Shown one piece after another: positions 47,501 to 59,508 of a DNA stretch of 64,000 bases. The translations under genes and the position numbers were made by a program. The DNA comes from Styela clava (Eukaryota). The notes below the pieces were generated by a model that saw only the letters and a program-made list of their open reading frames with translations, was not told the origin of the DNA and did no database searches. The stretch lies in contig NC_135257.1 in assembly GCF_964204865.1 (NCBI RefSeq), positions 5,022,001-5,086,000 on the forward strand, given 5' to 3'. Position 1 is the stretch's first letter. Every line of letters begins with the position of its first letter.

Positions 47501-48450
47501 TTTCCCACACCAAGTGCTTCCACTGTTCTGCCATCTCCAAGTTCCACTTTTTCCGGAACACTGAATTTTCTATAGTTTACCAGAAATTCATTTTCTTTAG
47601 TCATGTGACGCGACGCCCCAGAATCCACCAGCCACTCCGATCCATGGGCACTGTTAGATGAACCGATCATTGCTGAATCATCATCTTCACTGGATTCTGG
47701 TTCAGGCATGGGAGTCATAGTTTCCGCTTTATGGTATCCAGTGGGCACATACTTTTTCTTCATTTTACGGGGGCAATTTCGCCGAATATGCCCCTTTTGC
47801 CCACATCCATAGCACGTACGTTTCTTGTCGAAACCGACCAAAGCTGACTCGTCTTGATTGCTATTCTTCCCATTTCCAGAGCGACCATTCATCTTTTGCT
47901 CTTCGTGTAAAAGCGCCTGTTGAACAAATCCTAGGCTAATTCCATCTACACGCGATTCCAGAGCAGTTACCAGAGTTGAATAGCTCTGTGGAAGACTTCC
48001 AAGCAATGTTACAACTTGATCTTCTTCACTGATAGGCGCCCCAATAGCTGCCAGCCTATCTGTAATTTCTTTCATCCGCTTCAAGTGATCATCCATCCGC
48101 ATTCCCTTTTCCATCTCCGCACGAAAATACTGCTTCTTTAAAAATAGCTTGTTTGCCAACGTATCCCGTTCAAAATGATTACGCAACGCATCCCAAGCCG
48201 CCTTTGGTTTATCAAAAGAAGTTACCAGATATAACTGTGACGGATCGATAGACAAAACAATTGTTGACAATGCCTTTTGCGACTTTTTGTTGAATTCGAG
48301 CACTGCTGCTTCACCAGCGTCTTCAGTAAGCATAACCGAGCCATCAACATATCTCCACAGCTCCTTTGCAAGCAAAACATGACGCACCTGAAATTTCCAT
48401 GTTGTCCAATTTGACCCATCCAATCTATCAATAGACCATTTGTCCTCCAT
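44566..48450 (-). CDS. Copia Gag-Pol polyprotein (1294 aa)
   Basis: Zn knuckle CYGCGQKGHIRRNC; protease WLVDSGASRHMT; WHQRLGH..CEAC; integrase HSDVCGP/RTDNGGEY/AERMNRT with SKGY; RT YVDD; RNase H DADWAG/EAEY/DNQGA/ADIFTK; PR-IN-RT-RH order. Confidence 0.98.
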   Translation of the reverse strand: MEDKWSIDRLDGSNWTTWKFQVRHVLLAKELWRYVDGSVMLTEDAGEAAVLEFNKKSQKALSTIVLSIDPSQLYLVTSFDKPKAAWDALRNHFERDTLANKLFLKKQYFRAEMEKGMRMDDHLKRMKEITDRLAAIGAPISEEDQVVTLLGSLPQSYSTLVTALESRVDGISLGFVQQALLHEEQKMNGRSGNGKNSNQDESALVGFDKKRTCYGCGQKGHIRRNCPRKMKKKYVPTGYHKAETMTPMPEPESSEDDDSAMIGSSNSAHGSEWLVDSGASRHMTKENEFLVNYRKFSVPEKVELGDGRTVEALGVGNVHLVMLFHGKKSKRSTLYDVLYVPKLACNLFSVHSAASKGNILKFDRSTCWIYGENGIVRGMGTLNGKLYQLNCRPNLKHKGMLVDGKKSDLDLWHQRLGHLGGQQLKEAVRKGHVLNVKIPDDAKLSFCEACVEGKIQRKPLRAVGEIRSTRKLQLIHSDVCGPMEVESIGGRRYFVTFIDDYSRFCAVYFMEHKYEVFDKFKEFETLMTNNAGVKIGTLRTDNGGEYVSKNFEAYLRKGGIKHELSVAHTPAQNGVAERMNRTLMESARSMICYAGMKKGIWAEAVYAAAYIRNRVPTSAIKGNRSPYELWYGRKPNVSHFRVFGCVAYAHVPDCRRKKLDKKAEKLRFVGYDLRSKGYRLLVEGTGKVFIRRDVVFNESDFGQGKFDTTVKRSDTKAEKSAPREIEVDIDAVGVNESNEEMPRRSSRQVNPPIRFGYDEYVDVALHDKSYHVAYLASQIAEPKTLEDALNSECARQWKTAAENEYKSLMENETWDLVKLPAGRKPIGCRWLFKTMYTSDGKIERFKARLVAKGYTQRYGIDYDEIFSPVVKFSSIRTVLAVALEKNMLIHQMDVETAFLNGKLEEEIYMVQPEGYVAQGKEDFVCKLKKSLYGLKQSPRCWNSVLSTFLKSMDFLQSSADPCVYVRITDSITIVAVYVDDIIIAAESVFELTKLKESFSTRFKMKDLGELHYCLGVSIEQDTENNCIQLHQKQYILGMLEKYGLKNSKPYSNPSDTNVKLKKDDGGNVDKVDPKKYQAMVGSLLYAAIATRPDISNAVSVVSKFNSCPTKIHMTAVKRIFQYLKITSDFGLKYVKSGNDLMGYSDADWAGDQDDRHSTSGNLFMLAGGAISWLSKKQPIVALSTAEAEYVALSSATQEVIWLRKLLAELGMVQNYPTIIREDNQGAIDIAKNPVSHGRTKHIDIRYHFIRETIDNGVLELEYCPTENMLADIFTKSLPRDRFERLRNCMGIKNV

Positions 48451-48538
48451 TGAACCCGATTAGAACCAGTCAACGACCGACAACAATATTCAGTTCAAAA
48501 TCAGCAGCAAAAGTCACTGGTTACTTTTCAGTCTTTCA

Positions 48539-48568
48539 GCGCAGCGGAAGCGTGCTGGGCCCATAACC
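48539..48568 (-). promoter_or_regulatory. Primer-binding site complementary to nt 10-39 of initiator tRNA-Met (half-tRNA priming)
   Basis: Plus strand gcgcagcggaagcgtgctgggcccataacc equals the conserved animal tRNAi-Met D-arm/anticodon sequence (as recalled) and directly abuts the 5' LTR. Confidence 0.92.
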
Positions 48569-48769
48569 TGTTGAAAATAATCTTTCGACCTCCCCAACCA
48601 GTAACAGCAAAGCACCAAAAGATATAGTAACAGTAAACTTTAATACATAACTCGAACACAGCGGAAAAACACACGCAGCCTTAAAAGCAGAAACAAAACG
48701 GAAGGGGAGAAAGTAAGCCCAAAGAGGGTTGCCAGAAATTCCAATTATACGATATACAAAAATATAACA
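48569..48769 (-). repeat. 5' LTR of the copia element
   Basis: Same sequence as 44333-44533. Confidence 0.97.
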
Positions 48770-51700
48770 AACGGTAGTTAGCACAAAGAATTACAGAAAT
48801 TTTTTTGTCTAAAAAGATCTCAAGTTTAGTTGCAATAGTTTAATAATAATTATTTGAATGGTATGACAGCCAATTAAATTCATTAGAGAAATTTAGATTC
48901 TCTTTCCAAACCCGCTGTTGTATTTCCGGGGAAATGAATTTCTTTTTTACAATTCCCTTTTTTTGCTAAGCGACACGTGTTTTCACACAATGAACTAGAT
49001 AAAAAATCATCAAAATAAAACATTTTTAAATTCTGTAAACAATTGAAATCGATGGAACTCTCAATATATTGAATCCAATATTTTGGTATGCAGCCAATCA
49101 TTTTGTATTAGTCCCGATATTCATTTGCAATATATTCTATACCGTAGTGTTCTATTAGCTGAAAATAAGAGTATGAAGAATTTTTGTCCAAATGATGTAA
49201 TAAATCGATTTCGTGTTCATCGCAAGCTTTTATAAAAAAAAAGGCATTCCTGCATAGAGGTGAACATTGGCATTACCTGTTAATTCCTTATACATGTATC
49301 AGGTACAAAGTGTATCTCTTATTGTTATAAAATGAAGACTGAATGAAAATGAAAAATGAGTTTTTCATTGAGACCTTGTTTAAGCCCTCTTTGTAGAATA
49401 ATTGCCCTAGAGAAGAAACTGTTGTTTGTTACAAAAAGCTCGTTATGGTTATAAAGAAATATTTAAAGCCTCAATAAATTTCTTGGTATATATACATTTA
49501 TGGTCCGGTTGATCAGAACTGTATAATATTTTGTAAATGTTTGTATTTCTTCCATTATATCGTCTTGCTTGGTTAAGATACCATCTTCTGTTTTTGAAGC
49601 TAAAATTGTGGACTTTAGCTTAGTTCGTTTTTCAAGTCCGATAAAAAACTTTAGGTTTTTTTCTTCATTTTCAGCCCATTTTGCTTTACTATGCATAATA
49701 TAGCCCTGTGTTGTTTTGATATATATATATATATAATAAGTTTAGTTTTTTTCTGTTCCTTGAAAAGATTTCCATAGTTATCTCTCAAATTATTTCTGTA
49801 CATTTCATTTCTTAGTTGTTCAATTTCAAAGTCCAATTCTCTACATTGTATTTGCTACAAATATTTCTTACTTACATAAGCTATGCCCCTGATTATACAT
49901 TTGAAAGTATCCCAGAACAACTGTGGAGCTATCGATTCGTGGGAATGATCATATATTGCATTAAATACTATCCTTTTAATTATATGTAATTATCTTTTAA
50001 CAATGAGCAATTGGGGTTCCAGTATCTCTTGCCTTTCTTGTGTGAGTTGATCGCAGGAATGATTAAACAGTCCGTCGTTTAGGTGACTAGATTCTTAGAA
50101 ATGAAAAAAATCGATACGTGTCATGATCTTAATTGGTTTTTGATATGAAAAAACACTGCCTGTCTGAATATTTCAATCGGAAGACGTTTTTATATTGAAT
50201 GAGAAGAGTGTTTCTAGCCCGCTGATTCGCATGGAATGGTCGACCTCCTTTCTTATTCAGGTTAAGATTCAATACTAAATTGAAATATCCAGCAAGTATG
50301 TGCTCAGTTACTAATGTTTCTAGCACACCTAGCTTTAGTTGCTTTAAATATTCAAGGTTTGGTGCATATACGGTGACTATACCAATTCGTTCAGACACAA
50401 TTGTCGCGTATAATGCAACATATCTTCCATCATCTGATTCATGTGAATATTCATTTCGATATAAGATATTACTATTGAACAGTATGCAAACCCCTCGTAA
50501 GAAAAATAATGGGAAAAAACACCCGTACCTACCCATTCCCGTGTGCTTTGTTCAAATTTTTTATGCTTGAGAAAATAAAACATTTCAACTCTTTTCTTGT
50601 AAGATCGAATGCCTCCAACATTCAAAGAGGCAACTTTTAACCTGCATTCAGACATTTGCGGGTAATATAATAATGTTAGTACAGCTTGAATATTGCCCGT
50701 AGTCACAATAGGCTGCGCCATCTGATGTTTTTATAATACTAAAAGAGCAATTTATATATAGCACGGGCATTTGCTATTTTGACACTTTCCGTAGGAGCCT
50801 TTACTGGGTAATTTATTAAGTTGTAGGCATTTGCGTTAAAAATTGAGGTATTTACTACATGCTCAACAATCGTTTTCAATATACCATATTTTAAAGAAGC
50901 AAGAAGACGAAACAGTCGATAAAGATTTTTCGATTCATTGTGGCTTGTTACTATTTTTCAAACTTGGTGTTTTGAAGGCATACAGCATTACCTCCATTCT
51001 GTGTATTGGTTGATCGTCGTCTTCATCATCACTTGTCAATTCATTATATTTTGATTGAGTAGCAAGCGGATTTGTCATATATACTGCTTGAATGTCCCCT
51101 TTTTCTAGCTAAAGACGATGGGAGAAGATATCCAAGTTGGGATATATGCTGATCACCGTTAGACATATATAAATTAGGTATTGTTTTCGACATTGGATCT
51201 GAAGATGTTAAAGTAGTTATACCTTTATTTTGATAAGGTGTTAAGTTTTGTTGCGAAAAGATTTTAACAATTTTTGGTAAATTGGTTTGATTACACTGTG
51301 GTGATTCCTTTGATGAATTTCCTTCAATAATTAAAGACGTCGATTTAATTAAAACCTGTTTTCTGATAGGTTTGTTTTGGGTCATAATGTGGACAATCAC
51401 AAATGATCGAAAGAACCACATTCTTTGCATGTTTTCTTCTGGTCTCGATATTTAACGGTAAGCAATTTTTCATCAGTCCATTCTCAATGGCATCTTCATC
51501 AGTGAAACGATGTAATTCAGATGTTACTTCTACGTATCTCAACAATGCTGTTTGTTAGTTGGCCTAGAACCCATTCTATTTCAACTTTTTCTAGATTAGG
51601 TGTAGTGTAGGGTATACAAATATCACTTGTATTCAGATGACTTTAACGGGGTAAGATATACTGACAATTTCAATGCATTCTGTCTTGAGGTACATATCAC

Positions 51701-52187
51701 ACCTACTGAATCATATGTTCCTACAACGATGCTCTTGATATTCGACTTGTCCAAACATTGTAACGCTAACTTTTAAGCAACACTCCTTATTCCCTCTTGA
51801 AGACGACATCTTTGATACATTGTATGTATATACAGACAATTTGGTCCTTACAATCCACACAGTTTCATTTTATCTCTGTGAGGTGGTATATTCTCAGATA
51901 AACCTTTACGCAACGCTTGGGAAAAAACACATCCGCCTTGTTTTTTTCCCAATTTCCCCCTGCTTGTCGAATACTGTAGCTGTTCCTATCATCTTTTGCC
52001 AGGTTATGATGTATTAGCTGCAGCTATATTACGCCCACAGGCGGTAGCAACAACGTCATCTAAACATACATTGAAAATCTAAGATTTATCTCGACATAAT
52101 GTCCAGAAAGGAAAAAACTTGAAATAAGTTGATTTACGTATGTTTTTTTCACCACAGTAAACAGTACTGTCGTTATATATATTGCTT

Positions 52188-52565
52188 ATTGGACACGGGG
52201 TGTACATATGGATTTTTTTGTTGTTATTGTTAGTCATTCTTGTATTCTTGTTGTTATGAAAAAATCGCTCTTTTCTTCAATTATTATACCAATTACAAAA
52301 TTTTAAGTGGTTAAGGATTTTTTTGTCGCTAGAAGGCTATTACTTTTTTATTTTATTTCAAAAAATTCCGTGGGATCTATAAGATTCGTTTTTGTGTGTG
52401 ATGATGTCATTAAAATTAAAAATTGCGTATCTTTACGTGCGTTACGATCTGATGGTCAGTATGGCCGTGAAGACTGCAGTACCAGTAGTCTACCGTGAAG
52501 GATTGCATAACCGTAGTACTTTGTTTCGACTTTCGTGCCCTAATATTTGAGCATTGTTCTCTTTT
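52188..52565 (+). mobile_element. Diverged DINE-1/HINE-like element
   Basis: ttggacacggggtgtac..GTT microsatellite..aaaatcgctctttt..agaaggctattacttt..taatatttgagcattgttctctttt. Confidence 0.65.
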
Positions 52566-55500
52566 TTCCTACTGGTATCCACGATGAAAACAAAGTCTTT
52601 GATAAATGTTTAAGCAAGGCCGAATAACAATTTACCGACAAAGCCGTGACGACTAACTAGAACCTGAGTAAATACATATGCCGAATTTGAATTAAAATAC
52701 GCTGTCAGATTTAGTTTGAACTCTTGACTGAAACCTGTCAAACGGAAATATCCACGTTCCTGTTCCGATCCTGTTTGTCGAAGAGCTAGTCGGATTCCTG
52801 AATCTTGTTTGTGCTCAACACTACGGGTTAGTAGAAAAGATTGCGAACTCAACTGACGCAATTCCACCTGGTGTCGCAGTATGCGCAAAATGGCAACATT
52901 TCGAGTGAAATATCGAGCCCAATGAAACTCCTCATTCGAGAAAATTGAAAAATAAAAGTAATTATTGACTTTGACCACCTCGTCCGAAAATAGGTTTTTA
53001 TTTTTAGCTTCAAATGTGTAATCTTTATCGTGCAGCAATATCGAGTCGCAATATCGATTTTCAATCTGAGATGTCAGAATCACGCAAACAACACGTAAAA
53101 CATCAGAAAATAACTCGTACAAAAAAAATAAGACCTAAATTCCAGAAGATCGCAAAACAATGTTAAATTGGCGGACATTTAATCTTTCCGATTATGACGT
53201 CGGTTTTTAATTGTATAATAGATGTGCTTCGGTCATTAACTTAATTAGACGTTGTAAAATTCGTGATATCCGATTTGACAATTATCGACCGTGAGTTCCA
53301 TTGACGACACATAGTTGCCTCAAGACGGTCCGGTTTCTGGCGATTAAATTTATAACCGAATAAGTGGGGATGTTATTGCGAGATTTTAAGCTGACTTGCT
53401 TGACCAGTCTTGAAATCCAAAACAATCGATCAAATCTCCACAAAAGTCACGAAGGCGGGTCAAAGTTGAAATATTTGAAACTCAAATTTCAGTTCGGTAC
53501 CAAGTGAATTTTATTCGAAACGACGCCATGACCAATAGCACTCCAACATGCTTAACAAATTGTAATTTGAACATTTTACCAAGTTTCAATGCAAAAATAT
53601 TTCTCACTAAAATATACTAAATTTTGTTTATTTCAGTTACATTGACTGAGTAGTATACTGTATTCGTGGACATTTTGAAGGATTATATATTTTCATTACT
53701 TTTATGACTGTTTGTAAAGATACCAATGTGGAGTGAATTCAAAATGAAAATATTCCTTCCGAAACATATAAGTATATAATGTTAACCTTCCAATTGATAA
53801 ATTTCAAATCAGATAGGAAGTAGACGTATTACGAAACAACCGTTTGTTTAAAATACCGCGCCTCACATTACATGTTAAAAGTTCGAAGCCGTCAAACAGG
53901 TTTACGATGTTCTGTAATCTAATCGGGCTACTTTCGCTGTCATTTTGTAAATTTTAAACATGGGCGTGTAAAATTAGCCAATTATTTCAGCGTCATTGTT
54001 TGCATTACTTACAGGCAGACGGGTCAGTCAGTATAAATTAAATCTCAGTGTTTCTTCTTCAGAAAAGGACTTGTGATAACAAAAGTTGCATCCTGCAACT
54101 CGACGATTGGAAACGTTTAAATCAAATATTTGAAAGACAAAATTTAATTTAATATTTGCTGTAGTTTGTAATACATTCCTGTACAAGTGGTACTTTATTT
54201 GTTGGCATTGAAACTGACTGGACAAGTAAAAGCAATTCTCACATTTTTTTTAAAATAAGATTTCATTACTCAGGTCATTAAAAATATATTACATTTATAA
54301 TATAAGTTGTCATTACATTAATCTATTGATTTGGGCTAAAATTATGATGAAAATTTGATGAAGATCAATATTATTATGAATTTTTATTCATGATGAATAC
54401 TTTTTTCGCACGAGTAATATTTATATATGGATACAATTTGGTCAAGCAAATCTATACTATCAAATATTTGGTAATTTATTAATTTTTGCTATGTCGCGTA
54501 TTTTTGATATAGGCCCACGTGTTAAATACATGTAATTTTCTAAAGTTCACAGATAAAAAAGTTTTCCGACATGACGTTCCATCACGCCTTGCAGGCATGA
54601 TCACTCCGTGACGGAAAGGCATTTCTAATCCTGTTTCGCGCGAAGAAGTGACGATATGTTCAATATAAACAAAACGGGTCAAAGTAATTTTACAAGCCTA
54701 AAATTAAACAATTTGAGCATTTTATTTAAAATTGTTTATGCTCAATGGATTCTAACAATGTACTTTAATGAGAATGAGCTTTACATATTGTATGCTCTGA
54801 CTGTAGGAGTAAAGTTAGAAGTCAGTTTATATTCATACATTAAACATTAAGAACCGTACTGATTCCAAATTGGAAATACAGGCCAACCGCCGTTTTGAAC
54901 TCAGAAGTTGAAAAGACGAAACAAAAATATTTTAATCCTTTTTCACACGTGTACTCTATATATTCTATTGACGGTACGAGGCTAATAGCGTGAGCAAAGG
55001 ATCGTTTGTTCAGTTAAATTCTCTGACCCACTCCGACATACCATAGTGTATTGAACATACGACTAAAACAATAACATATGAAAGACGTTTATTCGTTTAT
55101 TTATACTTTAAATTGGCTATAATTTGTGAGTATTAAGTTTTGTTTGCTAATCGGGTATGTCAATTTTGATGCAAATGATGAATTCACAATAATTTGATTT
55201 TTCTACAAATGTAAATGCTAATAGAATGGCGGGTATTTTATTTTAAATATTGATCATTAACTGATGCAATTATTATTCGAAACTTTCGAGTTTAATTTTG
55301 TTTGTTGCGGTAGCTTTATGCGATGTGTTGTGTGTTTGCATGGACCTCAGATGGTGGTTGGTAGACGGTGGTTGGTTCGCATACAGATACCGTGAGTTGT
55401 ACGGATAATTTTGCATCAGATAATAATGCCAGTCGATGCAATAAAAATTATAAGCATACATTTCTTTTCTATTATAATTTAGATTAAAGTTTTGAATTTG

Positions 55501-57215
55501 AGGCGTGTCAAAAAATTTCAAATAATGACGTTTTTCTCTAACATCAACGTTGTTGAAATAATAACAGCAATATAACGACATTCATGAGTCATTGGCGGTC
55601 AAAAGATCATTCTATCTCCTACAGTGAGAACCACCTTTTTCAAAGCCATTGTGTAATTATATATACGAATGTTAGGTAGCCAAATATTTACCTTATGTAG
55701 TGAGTTTTAAATTTCATTTATGGCTAGAAATCCGTATTGTTGATTGATTGAAGTAACACAGATCCCATTAATACCAATACTAATTTTCTTTTGTTTCATA
55801 TAAACTAGAAGTATTCTTGTTTTTAAATTTAAGTACAATACCACAAAGTAAAAAGTTTAGTAAAATACAAATACTGTGAACCAAAGCTCCCCGGGCTATG
55901 AAATGTGATCGATGGCATTTCTTAGATATACGTGTTAGCTATAATCCAGCCGAGTAAAAGGTTAGGTGCGTTTGCTGCATATTTAACTTTTTCGTTCAAA
56001 TTACATACATCATCAAGTAACTGTGACAGCCACAATATCTAAAAGTAAACTCAACCTTCCTAACAAGCAGTGTCGGCCAATGTAACGAGCAAACACTTTA
56101 ACCACTAATCCATGATTATTTTGCTAACAATTTTAAACAATTTTAAAACAGTCTGAGCAAGATCGCAAACTGAACTTGACTTCGAAGTGTACTGAAGAGT
56201 TTATACAACCCAATCAATGGAAAAAATTTAATTATTTTTGACAACCCGTGTAGACAGATTCAATGAATATATTTGTTTATTAAGACACGACACAATGGAA
56301 CTGGTCTGATCTAGGTACGGCACAACATAACATTTTGAGATTTAAGTAATTCGTCAGGTATGTATTTCAATTCTCTCTATAATGATTCAAAAAAGGAAAG
56401 TTTTAATCCTTAACTAAGAGTGAAGAAGTGGTGTTTTAAGAGCAGCTGAAAACAATCTAATTCAGTTCCGCCAGAGAAACATCTGAAAAACTTCTGCGAT
56501 GATAATTTCAACATAAAAATTTTTGAAAATATTTTGAAGAAATCCACCTTGATTGATTGATCGTTAAAATAAATAAGGCGAAAAATGTGTGATTTATTTA
56601 CAGCAGTTATTAAAATCAACGGAATTTAGAGTGAAATAACTGAATTCGGAGAAACTAGAAAAGTATGAAATAAATAATAATAGAGAAAAACACCTACTTT
56701 TATCTTCAACACCTGAAATTTTGAAAGCAATTGACCCAGAGTAGAAAAAGCAATTTGTAACAATAACAACCAGCACAACAACAACACGAATAAAGAAACT
56801 TTAGCAGATCGATTCGATCATCTTTTTGGTATCCAAAAAAATTGTTTCATAATGTTTTCTCTTACATCTCTCCCAATGAAAATTTGTATCTTGTTCAGCA
56901 TGCTTTTCTCATGGCATTTCACAAATGTGTGTCATAATATACTGTAACAAATCTATTTTTGAGTGAGAGTTAGAGTCTACTGAAGAAGCATATTCCTAAA
57001 AAAGATAATGACTTGAATTGTATGATAAATATTTAGCAATGAATTGCATATAAATAGTATCATAAATGTGTTTATCATTGAGATCATCCAGGTATTAAGC
57101 AATGTCGAGAATATCAAACAAAACTGATTGATCCGATTGTGAAAATTTAGTGTCGACGTGAAATGAATATTTCTGAACAAACTTGTAAACAGATTTCTCA
57201 ATAAATCCATATATC

Positions 57216-57740
57216 CAGGCTTGTCCATGGGAATGGGATTCCAATGGGAATCCCATGAGAAACGTCCCATGGGATGGGATGAGATGGGACAACACTCCTT
57301 TGTATTCCACATGGGACACGAATTTTTCTTTTCTTCGTTATGAGAAAAATCGCTTTCCTCTTGAACCATTACTTTTTATTTCTAAATTTTTCATGAATGC
57401 TATGAGATCTGACATTTCATCCAAAATTACCGTATACCGTATTATGTTCGGGGAATTGAAGGCAAAACATTTTGCTACGGACTTCGTATTATCGCATCAT
57501 GTATTTGAGAATAGCTCTCTTGTTAGTGATATATAGTTATGAATTTTTAAAGTTACCAAAGTCAATAAATTTGTCGTTTTGCATGTCTCTTTATATACGT
57601 AGTCCCACTTGGTAGACGCTAAACCTAAATTTAGCATTTTTTATTGAAAAGTATTTCCAATGGAAATCCCACGGGATGGGATGGGACAGGCTTAAATTGC
57701 CATGGGATGGGACAAAAAATGTGTCCCATGGACAAGCCTG
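57216..57740. mobile_element. hAT-type MITE with GGGAT subterminal repeats, carrying a HINE-like piece (~57313-57523)
   Basis: 17-bp TIRs caggcttgtccatggga / tcccatggacaagcctg; perfect 8-bp TSD catatatc. Confidence 0.92.
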
Positions 57741-59105
57741 CATATATCCTATCACTTCCATGAAGAAATACATGTGTCGTACCTACATGGGCCGTGCGTA
57801 CACAATCTACGAATACCCTTCCTGGCAAAAGAGTTTGAAAGGTGATACATGTTTTATATTGATATTTATAGAAAAATTTTATGTGGTAAGAAATATCAGC
57901 GAAACGGTACCCGTTTGATGCGGGTTTGGCGACGCGATGGAATGCGATAATTGCGGGAGGAGAATGCTTCGAATAACATATGAAATATTAAATCAGGATA
58001 CTAAAGTATACATTTCCTTTATTTTTTTCGAAAAACTGGAAGCGTGGTATCAAAATACTGCAAAAGCTGGTTCAATTATTTAAAAGAAAAAAGGATGGAC
58101 TCCTTCAATGGCTTTACGAATATTTGTTTAAAAAAGACCCCACATTAACCCATCGTATGTTTTTAGTATTTAGACAGTTTTGTAAAGATTTTTAGATAAC
58201 CTAAAATAACTTATTTTCTTACATAAAATAACTTATCCTCTTACATATTGAACGTTTCTTTAGTGAAATATAAAATTTTTACGATCGTTTATACCTATTT
58301 CTCACACTATAATCATCAGCGATGCTATGTAGTTTATAATGTAACAACGTCGTTTGTTTAATGGTCATTTCTCGTTAAAATTTTACGAACGATTGCTATC
58401 AAATTTCATCACTTCCTATTGTTTCCCGTTAAATAAACTAACATTGATATTTCACTGCACAGTCGACGCGACACCACTAATCCACAATTCCATCGCAATA
58501 CATCATGATTCGCCAAGTAATCATTCAGACAAAAGAAAATAATTGAAAAAAAAATTATTTGACAAAATCAAATCATGACTATAGGTTGAAAATGTGCGAT
58601 TTTTTCGTTTTGAATGATTCAAGTTATGTTTTTTTATATCGAACATTTAAACAGAATACCGTATGCGGTGTGAAAATTTTCAAACGCTGATATTGCGATT
58701 CTACTGGAAGTTTGACAAGTTAATGAAAGCGTGTTCCATAACGTGTAAAATATGATACATCCGCCTAAATGGAGTAAAAAGACGACAGACAAGTATTTTT
58801 CTACATTGTATAAAGTCGGCTCAATCTTCTGCTAATCTGTGTTCAAACATGGCATTCTGAAAATCAAGCAACAGGTTGCAATGGTACCCAGAGAACAACG
58901 ATCAACCAATCACGCTGCTTCACTGACTTGCCCGTGGGGTATCGTGGAGCCCTTTTAATGCTCGCGTCTCTGTACCTAGGCCATCATTCAAGTTGATCGA
59001 GATAGGGCAACATTGCCGTCATCAGCAGATAGTCAGAGCCGGACACATCAATAATTGCGTGAAAGAAGGGGAAGGATACCCTACTCTTTAAAGCATATTT
59101 TACAG

Positions 59106-59153
59106 TATATATACAACTGCCTCCTGCTGCGAGCTGTATTGCTAAACAGCCAG
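59106..59153 (+). promoter_or_regulatory. Candidate TATA box and short non-coding first exon of the VWA gene
   Basis: TATATATA at 59106, donor cag|gttagg at 59153/59154, strong acceptor (T)n-atacag at 59507 one base before the ATG. Confidence 0.35.
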
Positions 59154-59508
59154 GTTAGGCAACATTTTCTTTAAGTGAATAGTGTATTCTTAAACGCTTC
59201 CATAACGTTTGTTTCTAGCATCATTCAGTAACTACGATGTATTATACACATTGCTCCGTTTTTTATGGCAAAAGTCATACTAATCTAAACGGTGGTGCAT
59301 ATTTTTTTACTGTTCTACCAACTAATGGCGTTATAAAAAAGATTATCAACTTGTAAGGATTGGACACACGAATCTAAAACTTGGCCCATCAGCAGTTCTT
59401 GTAAAAGTAATACAGTTTAATTAATAATACAATTTTTTTGTAAAAAACTATTCTGGTTTTGCTTCCTTTCTTATGTTTATTCAAGTTTTGATTTTTTTTT
59501 TATACAGG

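Larger units (their letters stand above)
44333..48769 (-). mobile_element. Intact Ty1/copia LTR retrotransposon (4437 bp)
   Basis: Two apparently identical 201-bp TG..CA LTRs, 5-bp TSD AACGG (44328-44332, 48770-48774), PBS, PPT and a single uninterrupted gag-pol ORF. Confidence 0.98.
43940..50721 (-). pseudogene. Decayed L1/Tx1-type LINE ORF2, interrupted by the copia insertion; RT core apparently deleted
   Basis: APE endonuclease remnants LKVASLNVGGIRSYKKR, GVCILF, DDGRYV, VTVYAPN, ILAGYFNLVL (50129-50650); SKAKWAENEEKNLKFFIGLEK (~49600-49690); C-terminal Zn finger CGSCGNAIEDLLHSFSDCPITQDFW (~44220-44300); many stops and frameshifts. Confidence 0.8.

Noticed and set aside
44710-47661. Plus-strand ORFs antisense to copia pol (e.g. 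47115-47564)
   Set aside because: Shadow ORFs of a long coding sequence, with no independent motifs.
48539-48568. A tRNA-Met gene
   Set aside because: Only nt 10-39 are present, with no acceptor stem or T arm; the position next to the LTR identifies it as a PBS.
51044-52017. LINE ORF1 upstream of the endonuclease remnants
   Set aside because: The position fits, but no diagnostic motif could be recognised by eye.
52610-53122. 170-aa minus-strand ORF, and similarly 34445-34942 (165 aa)
   Set aside because: No recognisable domain or splice context; composition is typical of chance ORFs in repeat-derived DNA.
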